Below are positions 50,373 to 63,105 of a stretch of 64,000 nt of DNA, one piece after another. Positions within the stretch are counted from its first letter, which is position 1. Each line of letters opens with the position of its first letter. The notes below the pieces were generated by a model. The model did no database searches and was not told the DNA's origin. It saw only the letters and a list, made by a program, of their open reading frames with translations. The position numbers and the translations under genes were made by a program. The stretch is taken from contig OZ024747.1 of the NCBI GenBank assembly GCA_964016885.1, forward strand, positions 372,001-436,000, read 5' to 3'. This DNA comes from Eledone cirrhosa. Lineage: Eukaryota.

Positions 50373-50862
50373 TGGATTGGCAGAATCGGTAGAGGGTCGG
50401 ACGCCATGCTCTGCAGCAAAGAGTTACAGCCCTTTATGGTCTGAGTTCAAATCCCGCTGAGGTTAACTTTGCCTTTCATCCTTATGGGGTCGATAAAATA
50501 AAGTACCAGTAATACACTGGGATAATTGTAAGCCTTGTGCCAAAAGTAGAAACAATTATTAATTAACTTTGCCTTTCATCCTTACAGGGTCAATAAAATA
50601 AAGTACAGTAATGTACTGGGGTAATTGCTGGTCTTGTGACAAAAGTAGAAACAATTATTAATTATTTAATTACTGGGAGAAGTGGATTACTTTGCAGCAT
50701 TTAGTTATGACTTTCTATGTTCTGAGTCCCGCCAAGGTTAGCTTCGCCTTTCATCCTTGCAGGGTCAATAAAGTAAAGTACCAGTAATGTACTGGGGTTG
50801 ATTTAATCGACTTTCCCCTCCCCCAAAATTGTTGTCCTTGTGACTAAATCAGAAACCATTAT
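50373..50862 (+). mobile_element. Cluster of Meta-like SINE copies
   Basis: One full copy, a tandem 3' half and another copy. Confidence 0.8.
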
Positions 50863-51109
50863 TAGTCTGTTGTATTGTTTAGCCCCAGGTCAACCCTAAT
50901 TAGCAGACATAATGACATTCCAGCCATGAACATCTTGACAGTGTATCTAGGACTTCAATATTCAATGTGTCTTACTCCCATTTTTAAGACAGTAGAGTTT
51001 GATATGAAGGGGATTTGGTTGCTATTTCTAGCACGTCAAGCGACCATGTAAAGTTCTACTTTGTTGCTGCTGTTCTTCTTGTTATGATTTTCCATCTTTC
51101 ATTTTACAG

Positions 51110-51171
51110 GTACCGGATTTATAGGTCGCAATCTGGTCAGCTATTTAGTGAACAATGACTTGGTCACTAAG
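51110..51171 (+). CDS. Exon of NAD-dependent epimerase/dehydratase (extended SDR, CG5854-like): (G)TGFIGRNLVSYLVNNDLVTK
   Basis: TTTTACAG acceptor, AAG|GTAACT donor, Rossmann GxxGxxG motif; phase 1 to 0. Confidence 0.9.
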
Positions 51172-51586
51172 GTAACTAGAGTTTTTGTATTCTTTATTTC
51201 CCAGTTGGCTGAGGCCATGCTGGAGCACTGACTTCATCTTAGTTGACCGTATCAGCCCCAGTACATTTTTTTCTCAAGTCTGGTACTTATTTTATTGATT
51301 TTGTCCTGTTGAATCTCTAAGTTACGCCCCCCCCCTCCCCCACACACACCGGGGTAAGACAAACATTACTTTTTGTTTTGTTTTATTTGTCATCCTTTGT
51401 TGTTTATATATTTCCAGTACATTCTACTGACTTTCTGAGATAATGATCAGTTATTACATATCTTACAATATTTTGTATTTATTTATATATATATATATAA
51501 ACATATCAAAGGCATGCATTGAGTTAGAAACTCAAAATAGTCTCATTACAGTAAATTAGCTGTAGGAGAAAGGTTTCTCCAAGCTG

Positions 51587-51721
51587 TATAGTATAACTGA
51601 ACAAAAAAGAAAAACGAACACACACATATAGATGTATGTGTTCAAATCTGGTCCATTATGATTTGAACACATACATCTATATGTGTGTGTTCGTTTTTCT
51701 TTTTTGTTCAGTTATACTATA
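51587..51721. repeat. Perfect palindrome, 62-bp arms, 11-nt spacer
   Basis: TATAGTATAACTGAAC...TTCAAATC / GATTTGAA...GTTCAGTTATACTATA. Confidence 0.93.
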
Positions 51722-52599
51722 TATAAACATGAGAATATAAACAAGAGGTGGATTTTGGCAGTTTTGACCCTACTGCTAATACACTCGGAGTCAAAGCGTC
51801 TGACACAAGCCAAACGCCGTCTGGTGGAGTAAGAGATGAAGGACAAAAGACAAAACATTAATATATATATATTCATTTATTATAGCTAAGTGTTGTTACT
51901 CTGGAGTTTCACCTGTGTACACACCGGGTCATCATACAAGACTAAACTTGGTGGTGGTGGTAGTAGTGGTGGTGGTGGTGGTAGTGGTGGTGGTGGTTGT
52001 TGTGGCTGCTGTTATTATGGTTGTCATCATTGTAGCTATCGTTTTTTTAATATTATTATCATTGTTATTGTCATCGTTTGTGTTGTTGTTATTGTTGCTG
52101 TTGTTAGTGTTCGTCAACAAATGCCATCTCACACATCAAGATGATGGTAACCATGGCAATTGTTTCTGTCAAATGTCTTCAAAATATCAGCTATCACTTA
52201 TGGGGGTGGCGGCAGGTTCTCTATTTCTCCATTAAAGGTTATGTGAAATCTGGTCAGATAAATATTGACAAGAAAACATCAACAATAGAAACCCAAACCA
52301 ACAAGACAACCTCTTCATGGTTGTCCAGTTTACTAGAAATACCAGCCCAAAACTCCTTATACAACTACCAACAACAATACAACTACCACTGTCACCACTA
52401 CCATCAACAACAACAACATTATGGGTGTAGATATAGCTGTGTGGTTAAGTTTGTTTTACAACCATGTCATTTCAGGTTCAATTTCACAGGGAGGTAACTA
52501 GAACAAGTGTCTTCTTCTGTCGCCTCATATTGACCAATGCTTTGTCAATGAAATTTTGTAGACAGATATTATACAGAAGCCTATCTTTATTAATTAATA

Positions 52600-52812
52600 A
52601 ACAGTTTGATTTTTGTCCTGGACATAGCGCAGTCAGCTATTCTGTGGCAGGTTTTCGAGAAATGGTGAGAGTATTGCCCACAGGTGTATGATCGTTTTGT
52701 GGACTTTGTAAAGGTGTACAACCTCATTCTATGGGACTTGTTGAGCAAAGTTCTGCATGTGTAAGGGGTTAACAGACAGCTTCTTGTTGCCTTGAAGTCT
52801 CTATATGATTGC
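52600..52812 (+). mobile_element. Old RTE RT fragment
   Basis: QFDFCPGHS..ILWQVFEKW*EY..FVDFVKVYN..L.KVL...GV...LLVALKSLY. Confidence 0.65.
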
Positions 52813-52964
52813 CCTAGTATTTCAATATTGGTGTTTGACTCTACCACAACTCTCCTAGTTTACATAGACAGAACCGTCGGGAGGCATGAGGACCCTGCCC
52901 CTATGATATTCTCAGAGGAGGCGCCTTCTTATATTTCAACCCAGTTTTTACTCTTCTTCTCTAG

Positions 52965-53021
52965 GTACGTGTGGCAGACAAAGTACCCCCTCAGATGGCA
53001 TGGCTCAATAACAAGCATAAG
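52965..53021 (+). CDS. Epimerase exon VRVADKVPPQMAWLNNKHK
   Basis: Pyrimidine tract plus TAG acceptor, AAG|GTACAT donor; conserved DK.PPQMAWL motif. Confidence 0.9.
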
Positions 53022-53892
53022 GTACATTCACATTTCATAATCATTTTCTTTCTATCATTTCTTTTTCTCCTTTCTTTCTCTCTCCTTTCTTTCTCTTCTT
53101 TCTGTCTTTCTTTCTCTCTCCTCTTCTTTCTCCTCTTCTTTCTTTCTTTCATTCTCTTTTTGCTTTCTTTTTTTCTTTTTCTCCTCCCTACTTTATCAAT
53201 TTCTTTCCTTTCCTTATTTTCTCTCCTTCTTTCCTTTTCTTCTGATTTCCTTCTGTCTTTCCTCCTTTCTTTCTTATTACCTTTTTTTTCTTCTTCAGTA
53301 ACAGTTACCTAATTCATTAAATACTGCACATGGCTACTGCATTCCTTCATTGCTAATCATTTGCACACATGCACTCATTATCTACTGCACAGTTAAAGAT
53401 TCCTCACTTTGCTGCAACAAACGATACACTCTCCGTTTAAGTAATTTACTGCATGTATCAGCTTTGATGCAGATATGGCCTTGAAGTTCCTTAAGTTAAT
53501 TGTTCTGCATTTAGTTAAACATTCTCCCATCCCTTTGGCCATTAGAATTTCAGTGAACCAGTGATTGGCCCTTTAGAAATGTATAACTAATGTTGCTACA
53601 TTACACACACAACGATTCTTTGCTTAAACTTTAATCTGTTATATATATATATATATATACACATACATGTATACATCCATATATACACACATACACAGTA
53701 AAAAAAATGAACCAACCCACCTTATGTAAACAGTGGAGTCACTCTGTTCCTCTGATTAATATTCCTTGAAGAATGTTTTCAAATGTTAGCTTCTCTGCAA
53801 CACCCAGTTTTCGGAGTTCATTTCTACTACTTTGCTTTTATATGTCTTCTTTTTCTTTCTCTTTTTATTATCTACTCTTCTTGTTGTTGTAG

Positions 53893-53947
53893 GAGGCATT
53901 TGCTAATCCACTTGTGGAATTCAAACATTCCAACTTAATTAACATTG
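53893..53947 (+). CDS. Epimerase exon EAFANPLVEFKHSNLINI
   Basis: TAG acceptor, G|GTAAGT donor, phase 0 to 1. Confidence 0.9.
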
Positions 53948-54243
53948 GTAAGTCTGATGTGACTCTTTCATTTTTTTTCTTCTCTTTTCAATACACTCAG
54001 CTGGTAAAACTGAGTTGTATGTGCCAAGGAAAGGGTTGTCATATATTGTGTCAAGCTGAATCTCCCTGAGAACTATATTAAGTGTACAAATAGCTGCTCA
54101 GCTACTTGCATTTTAATTTCATATGTTGGCTGTTCTAATGCTGGACATGAAATCCACCTAAGAGGCCATGAACAGACGTTTGGAGTTGTTGATGGAGGTG
54201 CATAGGGAGATGGCAATCATCTGCAAAGATGATGCAATCACCA

Positions 54244-54274
<31 letters not shown>

Positions 54275-54816
54275 CAACATGTTTGTGTGTGTATGCACAC
54301 ACGTCTTCTACATTTTCCATTTAACACTAAATACTATGCAGTAGAAGAGTTGACCCCCTGATGTGGTAGGATTCACCTCTGACCTAGTAGGATTTGACCT
54401 CTGACTTGGTAGGATTTGATTCCCTCCTTTAAAATTCCAGACAACAATGGAAATGTTGCTTGCTTATAATACTTACACAGGAAAATAAAATGGATTTCAA
54501 AACACAAATAACAATTCCTCTTAATCTTCAAATTTTTGTTTGTATTGGGAGGGAGAGAGAGACGGAGTGTAGGACTTATTTATTTATTTATATGTTTATT
54601 TAAATATGAAAGAATATGTGAATTAGAATAGGGTGGAGATGGGAGACATTTGAAAATAGAATTAGAAGTTTTTGCAGAATATTGACTACAGAAAATAGTC
54701 CAATATTAGCACATATGAACTCCCTGCCTTTCATCCTTATGGGGTTGATAAAATAAAGTACCAGTAATACACTGGGATAATTGCTGGCCTTGTGCCAAAT
54801 GTAGAAACAATTATTT

Positions 54817-55050
54817 TAGGACATATGGACTATTATATTAGGACATATGAACTTCTATTATATTAGGACATATGGACTATTATGTTAGGACATATGGACT
54901 ATTATATTAGGACATGGACTATTATATTAGGACATATGGACTATTGTATTAGGACATATGAGCTTCTATTATATAAGGACATATGGCCTATTATATTAGG
55001 GTATATGGTCTATTATATTAGGACATATGGTCTATTATATTAGGACATAT
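54817..55050. repeat. ~22-bp minisatellite TTAGGACATATGGACTATTATA
   Basis: About 10 copies; inverted copies at 55135-55174. Confidence 0.9.
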
Positions 55051-55543
55051 AGAAGGGCATTTGTGTGTGGGGGAATTGAACTTACACCTGTTATTTTTAC
55101 ATGCATGCTGATGCCCTTTTTTTCATTATGGTGTTTCATATGTCTCAATATAATAGTCCATATGTCCTAATATAGTTGTTTCTACTTTAGGCACAAAGCC
55201 AACAATTTGAAGGGGAGAGGAAAGTCGAATAAATCCCCCCCCCCCCCCCCCCCCAGTGCATTACTAGTGCTTTATTTTAATGACCCCATGAAGATGAAAG
55301 GCAAAGCTAACCATATGTATATATTAATTTTAACGAACCAGACAAATAGAATTCATACAATATCGCCATTTGCCACTTCATGAGTTTACAGAAATCGTAT
55401 TTTGTAAATACAAATCTGTATTTCAGAGTGCACACAATTTGTTAGTGGTACAAACGGTGGGAATAAAATAAATCAGTGCCTCCTTATATATACTCTTCTT
55501 TATCCACTATATATATATATATATATATCCCTTTTTTGTTTAG

Positions 55544-55635
55544 CTTCTGTTGAATCTGCTTTTGCTGATGCTGAAGGACCATTTGATTTTGTAATCAATT
55601 TAGCTGCTGAAACTAAATATGGACAGACAGATCCT
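55544..55635 (+). CDS. Epimerase exon (A)SVESAFADAEGPFDFVINLAAETKYGQTDP
   Basis: TTTAG acceptor, GTGAGT donor; DxVxNLAA motif of extended SDRs; phase 1 to 0. Confidence 0.92.
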
Positions 55636-55899
55636 GTGAGTCCTGTTTATCATTTATATCTTTTTGAAAAATTATTTTGTTAATGAGATTATTATTTTTC
55701 AGACTAATTAACTTCATCTGTAGAGATGGAGTATTGTTCTAATATTTATGGGGTTTTGATTGGTTTCATTCCTAATCATCATCAGAGGTTTTATCTGTGG
55801 TCATATAAATAATACCAGTGTAAATTATTGCTAAATTAAGGATAGTGTCATTTTTACCTGCTGTCTTATTGTTTTTTTTTCCCCAAGTTGGAAGCTCAT

Positions 55900-56165
55900 C
55901 AGGCTGGTGCCTATCCTGGTTTTATCAGTGTTAAGTGACTGACAGTATATGACCTGCCCCTGGACAGGACACCAGTCCATCGCAGAGTTAAAGTCTTTCT
56001 CAAGCCCAGAGGTTCATGAGGTTGGTACTTATCTCTGTTCCACCAGTGTTAACTGACTGACAGTACAGGACTCTCCACTGGACAGGACACCAGTCCATCA
56101 CAAGGTTAATCCCCAGTTACTGCTGCTACTCATTTTCAGCTTAGTATACTGGAACAATGTGGTTT
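55900..56165 (-). mobile_element. Third SINE type with internal duplication
   Basis: CTGGACAGGACACCAGTCCATC segment present twice, followed by a core-like TACTCATTTTCAGC..CTGGAACAATGTG. Confidence 0.5.
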
Positions 56166-56579
56166 TGCTGGTGCTGACACCTCGGCTAGGTTTCAATCGG
56201 TTTGATCACCAATCATCACCAAGTATCTTATTGTTAGATATGTACATAATATCAGACTGGGATTGAATTAGGGACCTTTATTTCACAACTTAAAGGAATA
56301 GTAACATTTCTATCTAAGAAGGTACTTGGCCTAGTAGTAACTTCTCTGGAGCAAATCAGTTGTCTTCAGACCTGGAAAATAATGAGCTCCACCAGGTTTA
56401 AAATGCCCAAGAAAGGCTGATTGTCTTTACAGCACCCCTTTGGCTCTACAAGGAGTTACAGGTTTATGGGTCCATACATCCAAAGCACAATACTAAATTC
56501 TAGTTGTCCAGTTAGAGATATTAATAAGGATTGTGTCAGTAAATGTTCTATCATTCATTGTGTTATTACCATTATCTAG

Positions 56580-56693
56580 GTGTACCAAGAGGGAATTGTG
56601 AAGCTTAGTCTGAACTGTGCCAGAGAAGCAGCGAAATGCAATGTCAAAATCTATATTGAGGCTTCCAGTAGTCAAATGTACTCAGCTGATAAG
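56580..56693 (+). CDS. Epimerase exon VYQEGIVKLSLNCAREAAKCNVKIYIEASSSQMYSADK
   Basis: TAG acceptor, AAG|GTAAGC donor; in frame with preceding exons. Confidence 0.92.
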
Positions 56694-57261
56694 GTAAGCA
56701 GAGTAATTCACTCTTCTTTCCTTTGCAATTTCTCCACACTCTCTCCATCTCTCCATCTATTTGTCTATCTATCTTTTTTCATCACTATTATTATTGGTGG
56801 ATTGGCAGAATCGGTAGAGCGTCGGACAACATGCTTTGCATTCTGAGTACAAATCCCGCTGAGGTTAGCTATGCCTTTCATCCTTACGGGGTTGATAAAA
56901 TAAAGTACCAGTAATGTACTGGTGTTGATTTAATTGACTTTCCCTTCTCTTCAAATTGCTGTCCTTGTGCCAAAAATAGAAACCATTATTGTGAATATTG
57001 TCTCCTATTTATTTTCATTCAATTTCTGTATAAACAGCCACATTTAAAAGAAAATCTCTTTTTGTAATGTCTCTTCATCTATTGCCCAGACAAAATGTCT
57101 TGCTGTGTTTAGTTACAACTTTTTACATTTGAAGTTCAAATCTGACCGTGGTCAGCTTTGCTTTTTATCCTTCCAGGGTCAATGAAATAAAGTACTGCAG
57201 TTAACTTAATTACCTTTTCCCCCTCACCCAAATTGCTGGCTTTTTGCCTAAATTAGAAACC

Positions 57262-57540
57262 ATGGGAGAACCAGAAGATAGTGGATATAAATATTTGGGT
57301 ATCTTAAAACTAGATGATATTTTGCAAGCAGAAATGAAAGAAAAGGTTAGAGAGATATATTTAAAAAGAGTAAAAATGATTTTAAAATCCAATCTGAATG
57401 TAAGAAATCTGGTCACTGCAATGAATATCTGGGCAGTCACAATTTTTAGATATAGTGCATCCATTCTCAGATGGTCTGAAGAAGAAATATCAAAATTGGA
57501 TAGAAAGATGAGAATCTTAATGACACGGAGCTTTACACCC
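57262..57540 (+). mobile_element. R4/Dong-clade LINE fragment
   Basis: GYKYLGI..YLKRVKMILKSNLN..NLVTAMNIWAV..RYSA..W..EI.KLDRKMR. Confidence 0.75.
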
Positions 57541-58309
57541 TAAAGCAAATATCATTTGCCTTTTGTTAGTCAAAGTAATCCTCACTTTGTGGGGTTCAAT
57601 GATATAACATAGTCGGTGGTAGTGGGGACTTTGCCCTTCGTTAGTCAAAGTAATTCTAACTTTGTGGGGTTCAATGATTGACCTTAGATGGCTGTTTAAC
57701 TTATTGGAATCTCTCAGATTATTCATTGTTATTTTCTCTACCTGGCTATATTTTTGTTTTTTCCTCTCCAATTCTGTGTAATTCCTCTTCACCCACCTCT
57801 GTAACCTCCTTTTATCTATTGCCCTGGTGGAAAATAAACAATTCAGTATTATTATTGTTGTTGTTATCATTATTATTGCTAATGAAGAAACCATTATCAT
57901 CATCATCATCCTCCTCCTCATCATCATTATTATTATTACATGTTGAAATTCTAGTGGAGTTTGGCTTTTGATCAGTACCAGTCATTTACTTGGGTTATCT
58001 CAATATGTGACCTATTGATTATACTTCTGGAATATGGAACTCTTCCTTACATAATCTTTTTTTTCTCAAAATTAGATGTGTTATATACTACTACATGTTT
58101 ATTATATACTAATACATGCTCTACACGTGTGTTATATATTACTACATGTTCTACATATGTGTTATATGTTGCTACATGCCCTGCATGTGTGTTATATACT
58201 ACTACATATTATACATGTGTGTTATATACCGACACGTTATATGCTAATAAACATGGTAATCACCATAAAAAAGTTTTAAAAATGTGCATTAGTTACATGG
58301 GTATGTTTA

Positions 58310-58363
<54 letters not shown>

Positions 58364-58567
58364 TTTTATTGACCCCAAAAAATTGATGATGATGTTGATA
58401 ACTACAATTACCGTAACAACAACCACATCACTTTATGTTGTAATTTACAGCCAGAAGATGAGGAAGTAAGTACATTCTTCTTGCTGCATGACCAAATATA
58501 TCGAATATAATCTTCAGTTACGCTTTTAAAGACATTCAAAACAGCCATATTGAAGTTAGCACTCACT

Positions 58568-58599
<32 letters not shown>

Positions 58600-58729
58600 C
58601 ATATGCATACATATATATATATATATATATATACATATACATACATATATATATATATATATATAAACATATATATATATAAATAAACATACATATATAT
58701 ATATATAACATATATATATATATATAAAC

Positions 58730-59936
58730 ATATTGTTATACTTTGGGAGGGTCATGTTGCCAATAAGAAACACACGCACCAGTTGCTTTCACTTCAATTT
58801 ATTATAATAGATTTATAATAAATTTATAAATTTATAAATTTCTGGCTGGTTGGTTGGTTCCACAACCAGATAGTTGTTTATATATTGTCATAGTTCTTTC
58901 GTCACACACTCTGTGACCTTTTCAGTGACTGGGGATTCCTTTCTTTGTTTCTGTGCTTCTCCTTTGTTCTGTCCTACGCCATTTTGTTTCTGTGTGTGTG
59001 TTGTGTGCTCAGTCTGCGCATGCGCCACATCCGGGTGTCTCTGTGTGTTTATGTTCATTTATTTATTTGTTTATTTACATGTTACTGGTTGGTTGTTTTT
59101 TCTATGTGTGTGTGTGTTTTCATTTTGTCCTTAATTGTAAGTTGTGATGTTGCTATTCCACTCATATTTTCTATTTAATTTTGGTTGTAATTCTTTTATG
59201 TTTATTGCCTCTGTAATTTGTCTAAACATTGCGTCTTTTCTGTGTGTAGATTCTATTTTTATTTCTATGTTCTCTAATTTATCCTTGTGTTCTATTTTAG
59301 CATGTTGGTAGAGTACAGATGATTCTTTACTATCTTGAAGGTCTCGCCAGTGTTCATTTATCCGTTCCCCTACACTACGAGCTGTCTCACCTATGTACAC
59401 TATATTTTTGTCTCTACATTGTCCTTCGGTACATCTTATGCTATACACTACATTTCTAGTTTTACAGTTAATATGGGGGCTTATTTTACAGGTTATACAT
59501 TTCTTATCTATACATGAGGGTCTTTGAAAAGGGTATGTCTTGCTAATGAGTGTTTTTACGGAGGTACCTGGTCTTTCTACTATCTTAATATTGAGTTTAT
59601 GTTTATTTAGGGCCCTTCTAAATTTGTAAGCTAATTCACCTCTAGGGGTTGTATCGATGAACATTACACTCTGGTATTTATTGCTATCATACCATGAGTT
59701 TATTCTATTAGCCTTATTCCTAGTTCTTTCTATTCTATTCCAAAATTTGCTCCTATACAAGGGGCAGGTCCCATTTATGTCATTATTTACCATTTTTTCC
59801 TATTTGGTTCTGGCTCCTCTATACACTCTGATTTTATCTCTCTGATTGTAGCCAGAGAACTGCATACGGTGGATGAAGTGTTGTATGTGTCTCTCTAGTT
59901 CTTCGGGGTTGCACATGCGGGACATGTTTCTCATCA
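58730..59936 (-). mobile_element. PLE family A, left (inverted) arm
   Basis: Reverse complement of 59939-61112; TGG>TAG stop at 59800; hammerhead core mutated to CTGAAAA (58887-58929). Confidence 0.95.
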
Positions 59937-59938
59937 GA

Positions 59939-61170
59939 TGATGAGAAACGTGTCCCGAAGAACTAGAGAGACACATACAACACTTCATCCACCGTATGCA
60001 GTTCTCTGGCTACAATCAGAGAGATAAAATCAGAGTGTATAGAGGAGCCAGAACCAAATGGGAAAAAATGGTAAATAATGACATAAATGGGACCTGCCCC
60101 TTGTATAGGAGCAAATTTTGGAATAGAATAGAAAGAACTAGGAATAAGGCTAATAGAATAAACTCATGGTATGATAGCAATAAATACCAGAGTGTAATGT
60201 TCATCGATACAACCCCTAGAGGTGAATTAGCTTACAAATTTAGAAGGGCCCTAAATAAACATAAACTCAATATTAAGATAGTAGAAAGACCAGGTACCTC
60301 CGTAAAAACACTCATTAGCAAGACATACCCTTTTCAAAGACCCTCATGTATAGATAAGAAATGTATAACCTGTAAAATAAGCCCCCATATTAACTGTAAA
60401 ACTAGAAATGTAGTGTATAGCATAAGATGTACCGAAGGACAATGTAGAGACAAAAATATAGTGTACATAGGTGAGACAGCTCGTAGTGTAGGGGAACGGA
60501 TAAATGAACACTGGCGAGACCTTCAAGATAGTAAAGAATCATCTGTACTCTACCAACATGCTAAAATAGAACACAAGGATAAATTAGAGAACATAGAAAT
60601 AAAAATAGAATCTACACACAGAAAAGACGCAATGTTTAGACAAATTACAGAGGCAATAAACATAAAAGAATTACAACCAAAATTAAATAGAAAATATGAG
60701 TGGAATAGCAACATCACAACTTACAATTAAGGACAAAATGAAAACACACACACACATAGAACAAACAACCAACCAGTAACATGTAAATAAACAAATAAAT
60801 AAATGAACACAAACACACACAGACACCCGGATGTGGCGCATGCGCAGACTGAGCACACAACACACACACAGAAACAAAATGGCGTAGGACAGAACAAAGG
60901 AGAGGCACAGAAACAAAGAAAGGAATCCCCAGTCACTGAAGAGGTCACAGAGTGTGTGACGAAAGAACTATGACAATATATAAACAACTATCTGGTTGTG
61001 GAACCAACCAACCAACCAGAAATTTATAAATTTATTATAATAAATTGAAGTGAAAGCAACTGGTGCGTGTGTTTCTCATTGGCAACATGACCCTCCCAAA
61101 GTATAACAATATCGGTTTCAACACACGATTTCAGATAAAGAATCTTGCTAAACAAATTCAGAAACGAAAT
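59939..61170 (+). mobile_element. PLE family A, right arm: 5'-truncated ORF (RT thumb/linker + GIY-YIG, open 59996-60730) and pLTR
   Basis: MQFSGY, ERPGTS, CxxxxCxxCx6C, NVVYSIRC, YIGETARSVGERINEH, HA..EH, EAI.I..LQPKLN. Confidence 0.95.
60932..60974 (+). ncRNA. Intact type-I hammerhead in the PLE pLTR
   Basis: GTCA-CTGAAGA-G-GTCACA(GAGTG)TGTGAC-GAAAG-AA-CTA-TGAC. Confidence 0.85.
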
Positions 61171-62712
61171 ATATAAACATATATATATATATATATAACA
61201 TATATATATATATATATAAACATATATATATATATAAATAAACATACATATATATAAATATAATATACATACATATATATATAAATATATATACACACAC
61301 ACATATATATATATACATATTTTTCTCTCCTTCTCCTCCTCTACCTCTTTTTTCTCCTTTCTTTTACTTGTTTTCTTCTTTCTCTATCTCATTCTTTACA
61401 AACAGACCCTTCCTCACCCCAACCACAGCTCACTAGGGGGTCATTGTTCTAGGAAATATCCATACCCCATTTTATGCACTGGGTTTGGTTGAGATCAGGT
61501 GGAATGTGTGTGTATACCATCATTACCGTTTTACATCCATTCTTCCATGCTAGCATGGGTTAGACGAGTTGTCCTATTGAGGGCAACTCCACGTGTCTTG
61601 CTCATACAGAACTGATTTTGGCTTGCTTTCTATACCAACCTCATTTACAGTGAGCACTGGGTGCTTTTTACAATGGCGCCTACATGACCATTTTCCAGTG
61701 CTGACTGGGTGATTTTTTGTTGTGACACCTACATGACCACTTTACATATAGTATATTTCTGTATTGTACTGTTTCATTTTCTTTGTTATTTTTATTTGCC
61801 TTTTGCGTATATATATATATAGTTCATTCAAACCCCATCAACATCTCTAGCCCACATTTTACATATATCATCATCATTGTTTAATGTCTATGCTAGCATG
61901 GTTAGCCCACCTGGAGTGAGAGATTCCTAGTTCTTGGTAGGACATCAGTCTAGGAGAAAGAAAACTCTTATGTAAAACATGTGACTCAATGGCAGCCGAT
62001 GATGTTGACTTGTTCTTCTTTCTAGATGTCATCATTGTTCAGAGAGAAGGATTGGTCCAGTGCAAGGTATTACTTGATCTAAACAACTTTCACTTGTATT
62101 GCATGAACATGACCTTTTCTTTTCTTTAAAAAGTCATGTTTGTGCCAGCCATGTGTGAGAAGGTCAAGGGTTGGCAATTCTTGTAACTTTGATGCAGCCA
62201 TTATATATATATTATGTTATATTGGTTTAGTGAGTCAAACAATGGTTCATTCTCTACTGATCTTACTCTCAATGTGACTACATTCTGGAGATCCCTTCTC
62301 ACCATGACCATCTCTTCTTTTACCAATTATTTTCCATCATCCCACCATCAAAAGTTTATCAAAACACAACTTCTCTTTTAAAGATTTCTCTGCAGTCTTT
62401 TCTTTTTTTTTCTTTCAGGGTTGGCTAAACAGAACTTATGTAAGAGACTTTTGAACTGTGAGATTGTTATCTTGAGCAAGTATTACAGCTAGAGATGTTG
62501 TATTAGGACTTGGTTAGGCCACATGTAATTTTGGCCTAGCCATCAACAGGGCATTATTTTTAACATTAGTAGTGTAGCTATTAAATGTCAGTGACAATAT
62601 TTACTATATACAAACTCTCATATTAGTAGATTACTAGTATAACTAGTGTGAAGGTATACCTCAATATATAGCATACATAATGTGGGCTAGAGATGTTCAT
62701 GGGGTTTGAATG

Positions 62713-62756
<44 letters not shown>

Positions 62757-62758
<2 letters not shown>

Positions 62759-63105
62759 CATCATCATCATCATCATTTCATTTTACGTCCGCTTTTTCCC
62801 TGCTTGCAAGGGTGGGACGGGAACTGACTCTGGCTTGATTTCTACAGCTGAATGCCCTTCCTAACACCAACCTCATTTACAGTGAGTGCTGGGTGCTTTT
62901 TTGCCGTGGCACCTCCACGACCACTTTGCAGTGGAATGATAGGAACCCCAGTCCCTATCATCTCATTTCTACAGCTGAGTAAACTGGAGCAATGTGAAAT
63001 AAAGTGTCTTGCTCAAGGAAACAACACATCACCCGGTCTGAGAATTGAACTCACAACCTTTCGATTGCAAGGCCAATGCTCTAACCACTAAGCCATGTGC
63101 CTTCA
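62757..63105 (-). mobile_element. tRNA/RTE-tail SINE, full length
   Basis: Same family as 14320-14655. Confidence 0.92.
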
